38,152 bases of DNA. Source: Octopus bimaculoides. Lineage: Eukaryota. The translations under genes and the position numbers were made by a program. The notes under the pieces are model-generated. The model was not told the origin of the DNA. It saw nothing but the letters and a program-made list of their open reading frames with translations, and searched no databases. The stretch spans positions 57,117,322 to 57,155,473 of the forward strand of contig NC_068996.1 of assembly GCF_001194135.2 (NCBI RefSeq), written 5' to 3'. Positions 13,213 through 26,465 of this stretch are shown here, in pieces; the stretch's first letter is position 1; each line of letters begins with the position of its first letter.

Positions 13213-13412
13213 CAGGACTTACAAATATATATAACATACAGAAAATTGCACTACTGGGCACTGCACACTTCCTACGCAAAACACTTTCAATACAGTAAAC
13301 ATAAGAGCACCACAGCAAACCACAGCACATACCCAAGGCACACAGAGCTGCGCTCGGTAGTGAAGTGAAAGCATGTTATAAAAATAAAACTACTGAACAA
13401 TAATAATAATAA
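13213..13412 (+). mobile_element. Second R4/Dong-type 3' terminal fragment
   Basis: IQKIALLGTAHFLRKTLSIQ* (stop at 13296-13298), a different 3' UTR, bracketed by (AAT)n on both sides. Confidence 0.8.
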
Positions 13413-13414
13413 TA

Positions 13415-13547
13415 GTATTTTCTACTATAGGCACAAAGCGTGAAATTTGTGGAAGGGGATAGTCGATTAAATCGCCCCCTGCGTTCAATTGGTACTTATT
13501 TCATCGAACCCGGAAGGATGAAAGGCAAAGTCGACCTCGGCGGAATC
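13415..13547 (-). mobile_element. SINE family B copy, 5'-truncated
   Basis: ggtacttatttcatcgaacccggaaggatgaaaggcaaagtcgacctcggcggaat, preceded by (AAT)n. Confidence 0.85.
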
Positions 13548-13714
13548 ATAAAAATAATAAAAATGATATTTTAATTGCACATATATACACACAAACACAC
13601 ACACATTAGTCACACAAGTAAATGTACATATGGTTCTTTAGTTTGGTTCATTTATAACGACTAACGCCTGAGAACTTGTGCGCGCGCGCGTTCTATGAAG
13701 TGTGTGCACACGTC

Positions 13715-13782
13715 GATATATATATTCTTTTATTCTTTTACTTGTTTCAGTTATTTGACTGCGGCCATGCTGGAGTACCTCT
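13715..13782 (-). mobile_element. SINE family A 3' tail fragment
   Basis: ttgtttcagttatttgactgcggccatgctggagtacc is the reverse complement of the tail at 33225-33265. Confidence 0.7.
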
Positions 13783-13785
13783 TTG

Positions 13786-13816
<31 letters not shown>

Positions 13817-13859
13817 TCCGGCTATCCATCCATCAATTCATTCGTTTTCTCTATCAACT

Positions 13860-14050
13860 ATTCCTGAGGGACTCTGTGTGGGTTGAATCCTCACCACCTG
13901 CGCCTCGGGTTTCTGTCAGAAACGATCATCATTACACTTTCCAGCTGGACTGACCAACTGATATTATGGATAATCTCCAACCATTTCATTCTTAGTTTTC
14001 TGCCAGGTCGCTCGGCTTGAAGAATCTGTCTTGTGATTCTTTCCTACCAC
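13860..14050 (-). mobile_element. RTE-like LINE C-terminal remnant
   Basis: Minus strand gives RPGRKLRMKWLEIIHNISW...LESVMMIVSDRN, matching the GRPRxRWxDxI...DRxxWR pattern. Confidence 0.5.
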
Positions 14051-14091
14051 GTTTTAATCACGCGTGTGTGTGTGTGTGTGTATGCATTATA

Positions 14092-15590
14092 GGAAATTTC
14101 GCCGTAAACATTTTTGCCGCGGGAAAATTTGTTGCAAAAAAAAAAAAGTAAAAAGATTAATTGTTTTCTTAAAATGGCAACTTCATCAACTAACCTATCA
14201 AATAGAGAAAGGTAATTTCTTTAAAATGCATTATCTAGTTTATAGTCCACTTGTGTGCCTCCTTTGATAAATATTTCCGTGCAACTAACCCATAAAAATA
14301 ATCTATACAGTGGAAAGTAGCAGAGGTGGTGCGAAAATTAGTAGATGATTTCAATTGTTTGCCGAATGGACAGAAAATACAAAAAAAAGAAGCGTATTAG
14401 AAATGTGAAAATAAAGAGTGTAAAAAACAAGAGTGCATACAGTGTTGAAAGATAATAATTTTTCAGTATGTAAAACAGTCGGTGAGCATTGTCATCCTTC
14501 TTAATACTCGAAACCAAAAGTTTACGAAGCAAAAGCGAAATAAAATCATCAGCAACTAAACTCACAAACCTCGGTGCGATTGTTAATTGCAAATATTTCA
14601 TCAGATTTAAATAAGAGTGCTTGATTTCTGATGCCACCTTTAGTCTCGCAATATGTCTCATTTGTCTCGCAATATTAGAGGCTGGAAGCAAAAGAAAAAC
14701 TAATCTCCTCCCTATCTTCATCAGAAGAAGAGGGTATACAATTCCAGATAAATTTCTTGAAATTGGTGAGCAGTTTTTATTATACGATAGTGGCAATTAT
14801 CAATGTTTTCTCTCACATATTCACAACAATTAAAGGTCGTTTATTTCATTCGGCTAAGAATATTTATCACAAAATTGCGAATATCGGTTTAAAGTTGCGC
14901 TATCAAACGGACGCAGAATTTAACAACAAAATCCAATGCATTACAGCATTAGCATTTCTTCCAGTACGCGATGCTATTGATGGATTAGTTGAATTGACTG
15001 ATGATGATGATGATGATGATGATTTATCCCCCAAAATTCGTATCTTATTTTGAAACTCGCTATATAAGAAGAGAACGAGGTCGAGGTGCGCGAAGGCAAA
15101 AATGGAGCCAAAATTTCCTATAGAAATGTGAAATGTTTTCGAAAGAACTCAGTATAATATGATCAGAACAAGCAACAGTATAGAAGAAGGATTGCACAAA
15201 GCAATATAAAGTTCCATTATTATCATCCAAATACATGGAAACTCATAACTTATTTGAAAAAGGAAGTTTAACAAAAATGAATGTGCTATTTACACCGAGG
15301 AGATGCAGCAGCCGAGATTAAGAAAATGTATAGCGATATTTGTGCAAGATAAGTACACTAATTGCGTAGCATTTCATGGAATTTTCATGCGTTTTAAATT
15401 ACTTCATCAGGTTTTTTTTCTTTAGTATTTGACGATGAATAAAAATTTGCCTTTTTAATACTTTAAAAAAAAACCTATCAACCCTTGTTTTATTTTCAAA
15501 ATACTGATATATACGCTTTATCATTGTCCATACGGCGAATTATTCTACGCCAAATGTTCTTATGGCAAAAATGTATACTGCTAATTTTCC
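14092..15590 (+). mobile_element. Decayed MULE (Mutator-like, FLYWCH-type) DNA transposon with imperfect TIRs
   Basis: Transposase remnants GEQFLLYDSG, GRLFHSAKNIYHKIANIGLKLRYQTDAEF...ITALAFLPV, EPKFPIEM*NVFER...RTSNSIEE and HPNTWKLITYLKKE. TIRs 14092-14118 and 15564-15590 match at 23/27. Confidence 0.85.
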
Positions 15591-15597
15591 GGACACG

Positions 15598-15629
<32 letters not shown>

Positions 15630-16009
15630 ATGTGCGTGCGTGCGTGCGTGTGTGTGTGTGTGTGTGCGTGTGCGTGTGTGTGTGTAGTAGGAAGAATTTC
15701 TGTAATAGGGGGATCGACGAATTGGCTGATGTAGATTTTTGCCAATAGATGCTCCAGTATGCTAGAAAAAATGCGTATATATGTAATTTTTAAAAGTTTC
15801 AAAGGAAACTATAACTTGGTTTTGTTGATATTTTAAGCATTTCATTAAATATGAGTCAAAGCGTTTCTTCGAACGGAAGATTGACTGCCATGGTGGTCGG
15901 TCTACCATCGTGTGTGTGTGTGTTCTTCTCTTTTATATTTTGGAACTCTGCTTCGAAGAAAGGATCTTGTTTTTAACATAGAAACAGAAATTTCATCACC
16001 GGAATTGGA

Positions 16010-17660
16010 TGGCACCAATAATAACTGCTGCATGTAGAACTTTATGAAAGTCTTCCATATTTTTACAGTTTTTGTTTTGTTTGTGTTGGCTGATCTGTTT
16101 ATTTGCTTGAAAATCCTAGCTTTTCCAAGTTGTCACTTAGTCATTTACTAAACATAATCAAGTGTACTAATAATTATTGGTTTTAATGTGAATTTATAAC
16201 CAGGGTAGAGAAGCTGAAGCTTTCGAAGAAGTTGTCCATAAATATTCTCCTTCTCGATGGTTTTGGAAAAGATATTTACATTTGCAGAGAAGCTAACCTC
16301 TATGAATTTTCTTTGCTGTCCCAAATAAATATCAGGCCTCTTCTGTTTGCACTTTCTTCAAGTTTTGATGGGAATATTTCACTGATATTTCTTGTGTTGA
16401 TATGATGATAGGCATAATAAACATAAGAATTATTGGTTTTAACGTGAACTTATAACCAAGGTAGAGAAGCTGAAGGCTTCGAAGCAGTTGTCCATAAATA
16501 TTTTGGAAGAGATGATTACATTTGCAGGACAGCTATCTTCGATGATGACTATTTTTTCTTTTCTGCCTCATTTGGGTCTTTTACTTTCGCTCTTGATTAA
16601 AGTCTAATAGTTCTTTCAATATTCCTTATGTTGATGTCTATGAATGTATTCAATAACGAAAATAATGTCTGTATCCTACGGCAGTCTTTTTTTCTACTGC
16701 TGACATTTTATATTGTTTTAGCAACAGCATCTTGTCGAAGAGGGACGAAAAACCTTGAAACCATTTTTGGAAAACTGCTGATTACATGTTTTATGGCCTT
16801 CGCAGAACAGTGATATAATTGACATTTTCAGTTCATTTCGGGAATTGAATTTCTTCACTGTCCCGCTAGATATTTTGTAGCTATCTCCTGCTCTTGGATT
16901 GCAAAAATGCAACTTTCGTAATGCGAAGCAGCGGTCATGAGCTGATGTGCGTATAAACTTCATGTTAATATGAGAATCTTCTTCAAATTCCACCGAGGTC
17001 GACTATGTCTTTCATACCTTTCGGGGTCGATAAAATAAGTATCAGTTGAACGCTGGGGTCGATGTAATCGAGCTACCCCTCCCTGAAATCGCTGGCCTTG
17101 TACCAAAATTTGAAATTAGTATTAAAATCCTCTTCAAATTTATGGGATACACACCCATGCATAACATTTTTGTAATATGCAGACTACTTCTCTTCAATGT
17201 CTTTGCTGAAACAAGGTAGTCCTGTACATCTGGATTCAAATGAGAAGTCATCAGAAAGTGGATGTATTTCTTGAGAAATCCACTTTTGACATGCAGGGTG
17301 TTATTCGTTTCATTCTTGAGTACTCGGTTGTTGTATTCTTGCTGATGTTGTTTAGCAGATACTGTCGATGCTATCTGAAGCGATATCACACGGCTTTCGA
17401 AGACTGTCGACACTGATCTCAAATTTCATCTCTTTTTAGGCAGACATTGTTTCTCTAGCAATTTGCAGTCAATGGCAGGAAATTGCGAGTTTTAATGTCT
17501 ATGGAACAGATTGTCTCTGCAGACCACTTGAGTATTCCAAACATTGGTATCAGTACTAGTATTGCAAATGCATTGTAGATATTACCTTGTAAGAGGAAAG
17601 CTGTGACTATCATATCTCTTCTAGTTTGGAATAATAGTTTTTGTTTCTCTATCACAGCAT
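16010..17660 (-). mobile_element. R4/Dong-type LINE fragment with internal duplication and a nested SINE
   Basis: YNAFAILVLIPMFGILKWSAETICSIDIKTRNFL (17455-17655 ORF), VFESRVISL, and the endonuclease C-terminus YGQLLRKLQLLYPGYKFTLKPIIISTLDYV (16151-16240). Confidence 0.75.
16980..17135 (+). mobile_element. SINE family B copy nested in a LINE fragment
   Basis: ttcaaattccaccgaggtcgactatgtctttcatacctttcggggtcgataaaataagtatcag. Confidence 0.85.
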
Positions 17661-18399
17661 CTTTTAATGATATATTTTCGCCAAAACTTTAAGTATTTGT
17701 AGCATTTGAAACCATTCATGCCAACATTTTGGGTTTGGGGAACAGTTTTTACACGTTCAATCGTAAAATATGAACATTCCTTTTGGACAAATTCCTTCCC
17801 AATATCAGCCGGAAAGGCTGTGATTAAATTTACCCCCAATTCGGTTATGTAAATATTTCGCGCATAGAACTTTTGATTGTCTGCGAAAAACTTTTGGTAT
17901 CTTGGTGTGTTGCAAATCCTAAGACATAACCAGTGGATTTTCGTGAAAGCTAAACAAGTAAATAGACAGGTAATTGAGGGCCAAGATAAATATAAGCACA
18001 GACTGTTACTTTGGAATATTCTCATTGAAATGGTTTTATATGCATGCACATTTGTATGTGAGGGTGTAGCATCTCGACGATATTTCGGAGCACAAAAGCG
18101 TAATGTACAGATGCGATCCCAGAAGTCCAGAAATCTAGAAATTCGAGAGTATTAACGTCATCTTCTGTTCTTCCTCTCTCTCTCTTCCTCCCTCTCTCTC
18201 TCTCTCTCTCTCTCTTTCACAAAAACACACACATACACAATACATATTCCCAGTATCCACTCACTGAGCTCTTGACAGATTGTTTGTCGACAATCTGTCT
18301 CTATGTTTGCAGAGAGATTCGTCCACCGACGTAACTACACCCATGTCACGAACGTGTTCGGAATTTTGAACTTCTTCCTTGTTTTCGACAATGTTCACT

Positions 18400-18433
<34 letters not shown>

Positions 18434-18543
18434 CACACATACATAATTAGATAAACATATATACACATGTGCGTGCGTGTGCATATGTATGTGTGTGTGT
18501 ACGTGTATGCGTATGAGTTTATGTACGTATATGTGTGTGTATG

Positions 18544-18577
<34 letters not shown>

Positions 18578-18989
18578 GTATATATGATATATGTTGCACG
18601 CATAAACACATATCTTTGTACGCGTATATATATGTGTGTAGGATTCTGGAATGATTAAATACTTCATTCAGATGAAGATTGTACTGCCTAACTTCATGCA
18701 TGCATGCATGCACACCCGCGTGTCTGTATGTAAATATAAAAACATACATACATACATGCACACACACACACACACACATATATTTATATATATNNNNNNN
18801 NNNNNNNNNNNNNNNNNNNNNNNNNNNNNNNNNNNNNNNNNNNNNNNNNNNNNNNNNATATATATATATATATATATATAAAACAGTTGCTGCTCAGCAT
18901 AAAAATAATTACAATAAAGTATAAATTATTCATGGAACGTTATATATAGTAGTGTATGCGCGCGCGCGTGTGCGTGTTATGGTGTGGGG

Positions 18990-19300
18990 AGAGAGGGGGA
19001 GAGTCTGCGATAACATAACAACGCCACCTGGTCAGTTAGTGAATGTTATGTTAAGGAAGACTTTATTGTTTGAAGTAATACCCCGGCGGTGGCGGCAGCA
19101 GTATTTTAGTAATACCTTTGTTGGTTTGGTGTTTGTTCTTGTTGTTGATGGTGGTGGTAGTGGGGTATTGGGGGTGGTAATAGGTAATTCAGCTGGAGTT
19201 CTGAGCTGTAATTTATCTGGGAGAGAAGTTTGTGTTTGGAATTGTTTAATAGACTTTAGAGCTGTTTATGAATAGGGCTTGGGCAATTAAGGTAATATAT
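18990..19300 (-). mobile_element. Possible Penelope-like 3' remnant
   Basis: Minus strand has QALFINSSK..., resembling the EALFIK.L.P.IN end of a GIY-YIG domain, followed by a C/A-rich tail. Weak. Confidence 0.3.
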
Positions 19301-19471
19301 CTTGTATGTGTGAGCGTAATTGCGTTATGTTGTGTGTGGGGGGGGGGGCATACACATATATAGAAAGACACACGAACAAACATCAGACAGACAGACAGAT
19401 AGACTCGCACACCCACACACGCATATATATTTTACTGAGAATGAAAGACGTGTGTCCGAGTNNNNNNNNNN

Positions 19472-19571
<100 letters not shown>

Positions 19572-19929
19572 TAGATATAGATATATATATATCTTTATAT
19601 ATATATAAATGTATGTGCGTGTGTGTGTGTGTTTGTGTGTGGAGGGTCGGGGTGAGAGCGTGCATACGACTTTATTAATGTAAACAAATACACAATTTTG
19701 CTTAGTTACCGAAGTTGGTACCAAATACTGTTCTCTGGTCTTTTGAGGATTTCGACCAACAGAGTAATGAAAAGGAAATTCTGATAAATCTGACACGCTG
19801 CCTGTTGTTAACGTGTCTGGACATGTTGTTTCACAGAATACGTAAAGCAGCTGTTCTTTGAGAATTCTCTCAACTCACCGCCTTAATACAAGCTTTGGTA
19901 GAGAACGGCTCCAATGAGCACGTCCTGTG

Positions 19930-20140
19930 TGTGTATTTTCTTTCATTGTCTTGTTTTCAGTCACTGAATTGCGGCCAAGCTGGGGCACCACCTCTGACGG
20001 GTCTTGTGAATGAAACTAATTGCAGTGGCTATTACAGTACTTATTTTAAGTCTGTTATTTATTCTGTCGGCCACTTTTGGGGGGGGGGATTACTAAATTT
20101 CGGGCATAAACAAACATCGATTGTCAAATGGTTTGAGATT
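19930..20140 (-). mobile_element. SINE family A 3' tail fragment, diverged
   Basis: gttttcagtcactgaattgcggccaagctggggcacc...cgattgtcaa resembles the family A tail in reverse complement. Confidence 0.55.
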
Positions 20141-20878
20141 AACGCGCACGCGCGTGCGCGCACACATACATATGCACATTCGCACACTCATACGTATATA
20201 TAAAGGGAGATAGAGAGAGATAGGGAAGGGGATCTATATATATAGAGAGGGGCACAGAGAGAGAGAGAGAGAGAGTAATAGCGAAGAAATAAATAAAAAA
20301 TTAACAATAAGATAGAATAAGTTCGCGATCGAACTTGGTCAGAAATATGGGGAGGAAAGATAATTAAAATGACGATTCGGACCTTTATCCTTCTTCAGAA
20401 TAGGGTGTACAGTGGAAAGTGAGGAACAAAGACGAGGAAAAATCGCAGATAAATAAAGGAGAGAAGGAGGGAAAAAAAGAATTCCTTGCAATAAAGCGAT
20501 GAGATGTTTGGCCCAATGGAAATCATATGCACGTGCGTGCGTGTGGGTGTAAGTATATATAGATATATGTGTACATATGTGTGTGTTAGTGTTTAGGTAT
20601 ATGTGTGTGGGGATGGGGGCTCTGGGTTGGCCCAGTGAGTGAAATTAGGTTGGCAGCAACTTTCTAGCAGCCCATGGATGGATTGTTACAGTAATTCCTG
20701 TCTTGTCAGAGGTAATTCTTGTGTTGATTCATACGTGCCTGTTGAATACCCAGCCCCGTAAATATAAATTTAATGAGCAGAGAGTTAAATGAGTTAAATC
20801 ACACAGCTGAAATATTCATCGACAAAACAGTGTTTATCTATCTATTTATGTCTATCTATCTATCTCTATATCTCTCTG

Positions 20879-20928
<50 letters not shown>

Positions 20929-20930
20929 CG

Positions 20931-20968
<38 letters not shown>

Positions 20969-22296
20969 CATTTATCCATCTATCTCTATCTATCTCTCTC
21001 TCTCTCTCTCTNNNNNNNNNNNNNNNNNNNNNNNNNNNNNNNNNNNNNNNNNNNNNNNNNNNNNNNNNNNNNNNNNNNNNNNNNNNNNNNNNNNNNNNNN
21101 NNNNNNNNNNNNNNNNNNNNNNNNNNNNNNNNNNNNNNNNNNNNNNNNNNNNNNNNNNNNNNNNNNNNNNNNNNNNNNNNNNNNNNNNNNNNNNNNNNNN
21201 NNNNNNNNNNNNNNNNNNNNNNNNNNNNNNNNNNNNNNNNNNNNNNNNNNNNNNNNNNNNNNNNNNNNNNNNNNNNNNNNNNNNNNNNNNNNNNNNNNNN
21301 NNNNNNNNNNNNNNNNNNNNNNNNNNNNNNNNNNNNNNNNNNNNNNNNNNNNNNNNNNNNNNNNNNNNNNNNNNNNNNNNNNNNNNNNNNNNNNNNNNNN
21401 NNNNNNNNNNNNNNNNNNNNNNNNNNNNNNNNNNNNNNNNNNNNNNNNNNNNNNNNNNNNNNNNNNNNNNNNNNATATATATACATACATACATACATAC
21501 ATACATACATACATACATACATACATACATACATACATACATACATACATAAACTTACTTGGAAATGGATGCGCGGCGTTCAATCAAAGAATAATGATAT
21601 AAATTACATATACACACACATGCATATACGGGTACAGGACGTCACCAACAGAAAAACAACATGAAATATGAAAACAAATGAGTTAAATACGCAAACAGCG
21701 AGAGAAACAAATGGAAAACAGGACAAGTAAACACAGAGAAAGGACCCTTCATCAGTTGTCGGCTGTCTATCTACTCCTCATTTCGAGCATTGAACGACAA
21801 TATAAGTCTTCGAAGACAGTTGCTCCCATAAGTACCAAAATGAAATTTGGGATTTATGGAGGGTCATATATATATGACTGTCTGCCTGTCTATCTATTTG
21901 TCTCTGTCAGTCTATCTGTCTACCTGTCTATCTAGCTGTCTATCTATTTGTCTCTGTCAATCTATCTGTCTGTCTTCCTGTCTATCTAGCTGTATATCTA
22001 TTTGGCGGTCTGTCTATCTATCTATCTTTTAATCTATCTGTTTATCTCTCACCATCTATGTAACTTTCTTTTTCTCTCTCTTTCTCACTCATCTTTCCTC
22101 TCTTTCCCCTCTTTCTCTATTTATATATTTATATATTTATACACGCGCGCACACAAACCCTTTTGATTATAAATGTATGATTTGGGGATACGTCAATGTA
22201 TCTATGTGGGTAATTGCATGTAAATATATATGTAAGCGCGCGTGTGCGTGTGTATGTGTGTGACTGTATGTATACATGTATGTATGTACGTATGTA

Positions 22297-22334
<38 letters not shown>

Positions 22335-22651
22335 GCGCAGTCATAGACATTCAAAGAGATACAATGTATCATATAACACGTACTGACTTATCGTCAAACA
22401 TCTGTTTTGATGATTATCAAAGTTGAACATGAAATATTAAGCTTTACAACTTCTTATTGACTTTGAAATTAATAAAAAAATAGCGAACATCATTTGATGA
22501 ATTTCATATGTTATATGTCTTTCGGTGTTAGTGTAGAGGCGAGCGCGCATGCGCGCGTGTGTGTGTGCTATATACATATAGACGCACAGAAGCACGTGCA
22601 CATATACTCATATACAGAGAAATATACAATATAAACACTTATTGATTCATT

Positions 22652-22683
<32 letters not shown>

Positions 22684-25600
22684 TATATATATATGCATAT
22701 TTACGCACATAAAATCGTGCATATATTCATACGTACACACACACACACACATATATGCACACATACATAGATACACATGCTATATATATATATATATATG
22801 TATGTGTATACATACATATATATATATATANNNNNNNNNNNCATATATACACATAGATACACACATACATAAACACATTTATATACACATACATGCATAC
22901 ATACATACGTACAAACATACATATCTACACATACACATACATACATACACATGTACATATAAACACATACAGACACACACATACATACACACATATCTAT
23001 ACATACACATACATACGTAAAATGGGTGATGAAGTTTAAGATGAGTGCAAACTAACTTTGAGTGTTGTCTGGTATCACTCAGGCTCCATATGCTAAACAA
23101 CAGCCGCTAAAATAAATACACGAACCAAGTGCTCAAAAGATAAAAGAACAACATTCTTTGAGTCGGCAGTGAACACCTTAAGAAGTACTCACTTCCGGTG
23201 ATCTTCAATGCGACCCGAGATTGTTGGACTAGCATGCCCTAATAAAAATCTAGAAGAAAAACATTCCGCGTACATAACCAGAAAAGAAATAGAAAGAAAA
23301 ATGGTTTGCTGTAAACTTGTTAATGATAATCATATTATCGTAATTATGACATAGCTTTTCTTGGATTCGTGCCCGTTATATCAATTCTGGAAGAGCGGCA
23401 CATATCAGTTGAATTGCAGTTTAGGGGTTTAAAGAAAACGAAAGTAAATTGACCGGAAGTGAAGCCTATGACAGCCCATAATTTCATAAAGAGACCATTA
23501 TGCGAAATAGTGACATCCCTTAATTTTTTTAATTGAACTCTCCCATTATGCCACGTCCACAGGCCCCCACATGTATAATACTTCTTAGGGATATCTTAAG
23601 TATTTCAGAAATAACAACTGAGGTACACCGTTCCAACTTACGACCACCACTAGAGATAAGGCAATCCGATGGCTCGCATGACAATGCATGATAGCCACTA
23701 TATTACACATGAGCAATAATCCCTGCATGACAACTGAACTAATTTACAGAATGAAAGCTATAAAAAAGTGAACCGACAGGAAGCGATTGTCTTTCTTGTT
23801 CCCATCCATTCACGTTCTATACGTTGGTTAGGTTACAAAGATTGTTTACATGAAATTATAAAAAATCTATTGTCGTCAGTTCAGTTTCATTGAAATGCAC
23901 GTTAAACCCAGATACTTATGAACAAAAGAAACAATAAAACCCTTTAAGGTCACCAAGACATGACCAAAAATACCGATTTCTCTTATTTCTGTGGAACATC
24001 TTATACATGAGGTCAGCAATTACACAAAATTTCTTCAAGGTACCATCTGTCATAGTGGCATGATGTTGTTGAGACGATAACTATACAATGGCACATGTAG
24101 GCAAGGCTTGCCTGGGATAAAAATAAACATCTTGAAGACATTTTGTGCAGCTGCTGACCACATGTGTAATACATTCCACAAAAATGAGACAACTGGAGAT
24201 TTTTGGTCACGTCTTGGCGATTTTAAGGGCTCTACTGTTTCTTTTCTTTTTTCTCATTAGATATTTTAGTGTATTGCATACAGTAAGGATTTTTCCAGAA
24301 TCATATAAGATTCTGTAGGTAATGAGATGAAAGATTGGCACAAATCTCTTCCCTTACCAACTCCACCAGAATCTTTTTTACTCCTTCCACCCCGTTCAAG
24401 TCCTTCCTTAATGACATTTGTATTACGCGCCAATGCAATTAGCAGTGAAAATACTAAATTATAAACTTCATCCCGTCTTACGGATTCCCACATAGTCTCC
24501 CTGAGTCTCTTGTAAATGTCAGACGTTGGAATGAACTTTTGAACCACTTTTTGTTCTTGTTAAGAGCAGTTGCAAACTACGTTAGCAGGCTTCAGGCTTT
24601 AAACTCTGTCTCTTTTAAATTACATTACCAAATTACTATTCTGATTTTAGACACCAAAACACTTATTCTAGTTCGACAAAGCCTGTATCCATTTTTGTTG
24701 TCGCGTCGTAACCGCTTTCCATCCGGGCTCAGCAAATGGTTGAGAGCGAATCTCACAATTGTCAGTAATAATTTGGGGCCATTTTTGATGCTATGATATC
24801 TACTGTGAGTCGTCTTTTCTAAATGCTACAACCAGTTTTCAACGGTTGGTGTGATCGCTAACTTTATTCGCAATGAAGATTGTAATCTGATCGTTCTGGC
24901 TTTTCCGTTGGTCTGAATATTGAGAATAGTGGAGAGTGACGGGGTAATAGTATTATCACTTGGATTAGAGACAAGTAAAAGAGCAACGATAATCGCTGAC
25001 CAATTCAGCATCTTTAACAGATTCCTGCTTATTTTCTCTTTTAAGAACCAACTATTACCTCTTCTTTTTTTTTTTTTTGTAAGATCGACACGGAAGCGTT
25101 TGTTTGTGGGAATGGTATCTAACTCTTATATTATTGGTATATATTTTTATTGATTCTTGATCAAGTGGAAAGAAGTTATTCCCATTCAGGACTTTCAAAA
25201 TTCTATGCTTTTTATGAAAATTAAAAAAGCAATTTCGTGTTGAGTTTACAGCTTATCCATTTATTTCGATTTCTGATTATCCGGACAAGGATTCAATGTC
25301 CTTTTAATATTCAATTAACCATACTATGTGTAACCCGAAATCGAGAATAATAGTGGTGTTATCATTTTATCTTTCGTTTCTAATGATTAAAAGACTTTAA
25401 ATTACAGAACATGTTTAAAAAAAAGTTTCATGAACGAGATGTTAGTCAAAGCTGCCACGACGATCGCGCCTTTTGTTTTTTAGTTAATTAAAAGAACTGT
25501 ATGTGGATTAGTTCACTCGTCTGTTGTTAGTTGGTCACTGTCTTAAAATAACTTTTACTCCTAAAAAAATTATTGAAATATTGAAGGAATTTCGAAAGAA

Positions 25601-26189
25601 CGACAAGTAATTGAGTTTGTTACTGTACCCTCGCAACCCATAAGAAAAGGAGGGACCCAATCATCCGGAGAGTCGACGAAAGCCCCGTCAATATCAATTA
25701 TACCACTTCGTAAAACTAAAAGCAAAAAAAACATTTCATACCCTTGTTGAATTTTGAGCGGATCAAACACAGTTTCTCCCCCTTGCAAATGGTTTGTCTG
25801 AGGCCCCGGCTGCAATGTATATGAAGAAAAAAACGAAAACTACTTTCAGCTTTTACTATGTCTGGGTCGTGGTGAAAAGTCATCAAAGATCGTACAAGAA
25901 TACAACATTTTATCGATTGAATTCAGTAAACTTCATGTAATTATCACGAGTGTACACTTCCTTTGCTTATGATCGGATCAGTTATCTGCACAAAATATTA
26001 CACACACACACACACACACACATTCCCGCTTCGTTTGGATAATCGAGGTTTAGCTATGTGTTAATTCCATTCTACATCAATATCAATTTCACTATTTAGC
26101 AAACCAATGAAAACAAAGAGTGATGTTACTGACATTCATCTATATTAAGAATTCAACAAATAATAATGGTTCCTGATTTAGACAGAAAG

Positions 26190-26300
26190 CGGACAGTTTT
26201 GGGAGGCAGGGGTTAGTCGTTATCATTAACCTCAGTCTTTGACTGATACTTTATTTTATCGACCTCAAAAGATGCAAGTCAAAGTTGACACCAGTGGTAC
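26190..26300 (-). mobile_element. SINE family B, diverged fragment
   Basis: gactgatactttattttatcgacctcaaaagatgcaagtcaaagttgacaccagtgg. Confidence 0.6.
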
Positions 26301-26465
26301 CTGAATCCACAATGGAAAGAGTTTGGATAAATGATATTGATGACAACCGGAAAGCGTTGCTGAAAATGAAAATTATAAGATCTTGTAGGACATGACAATC
26401 CAGCGTGACCACTTTATTGTGGCTAGAAAACTTAACATTGTTATTGTAGGAGGAAGAACAAAGCA

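Noticed and set aside
18274-18299. 10-bp hairpin GACAGATTGT-ttgtcg-ACAATCTGTC
   Set aside because: Too short to distinguish from chance and has no associated feature.
21615-21866. CTGATGAAGGGTCC on the minus strand as a second hammerhead
   Set aside because: No stem II closure or GAAA follows, and the upstream CGAAA does not form compatible helices. At most a decayed repeat terminus.
25570-25830. Possible upstream KIF26 exon
   Set aside because: No KIF26-like motif, no convincing splice sites, and stops in the plus frames examined.
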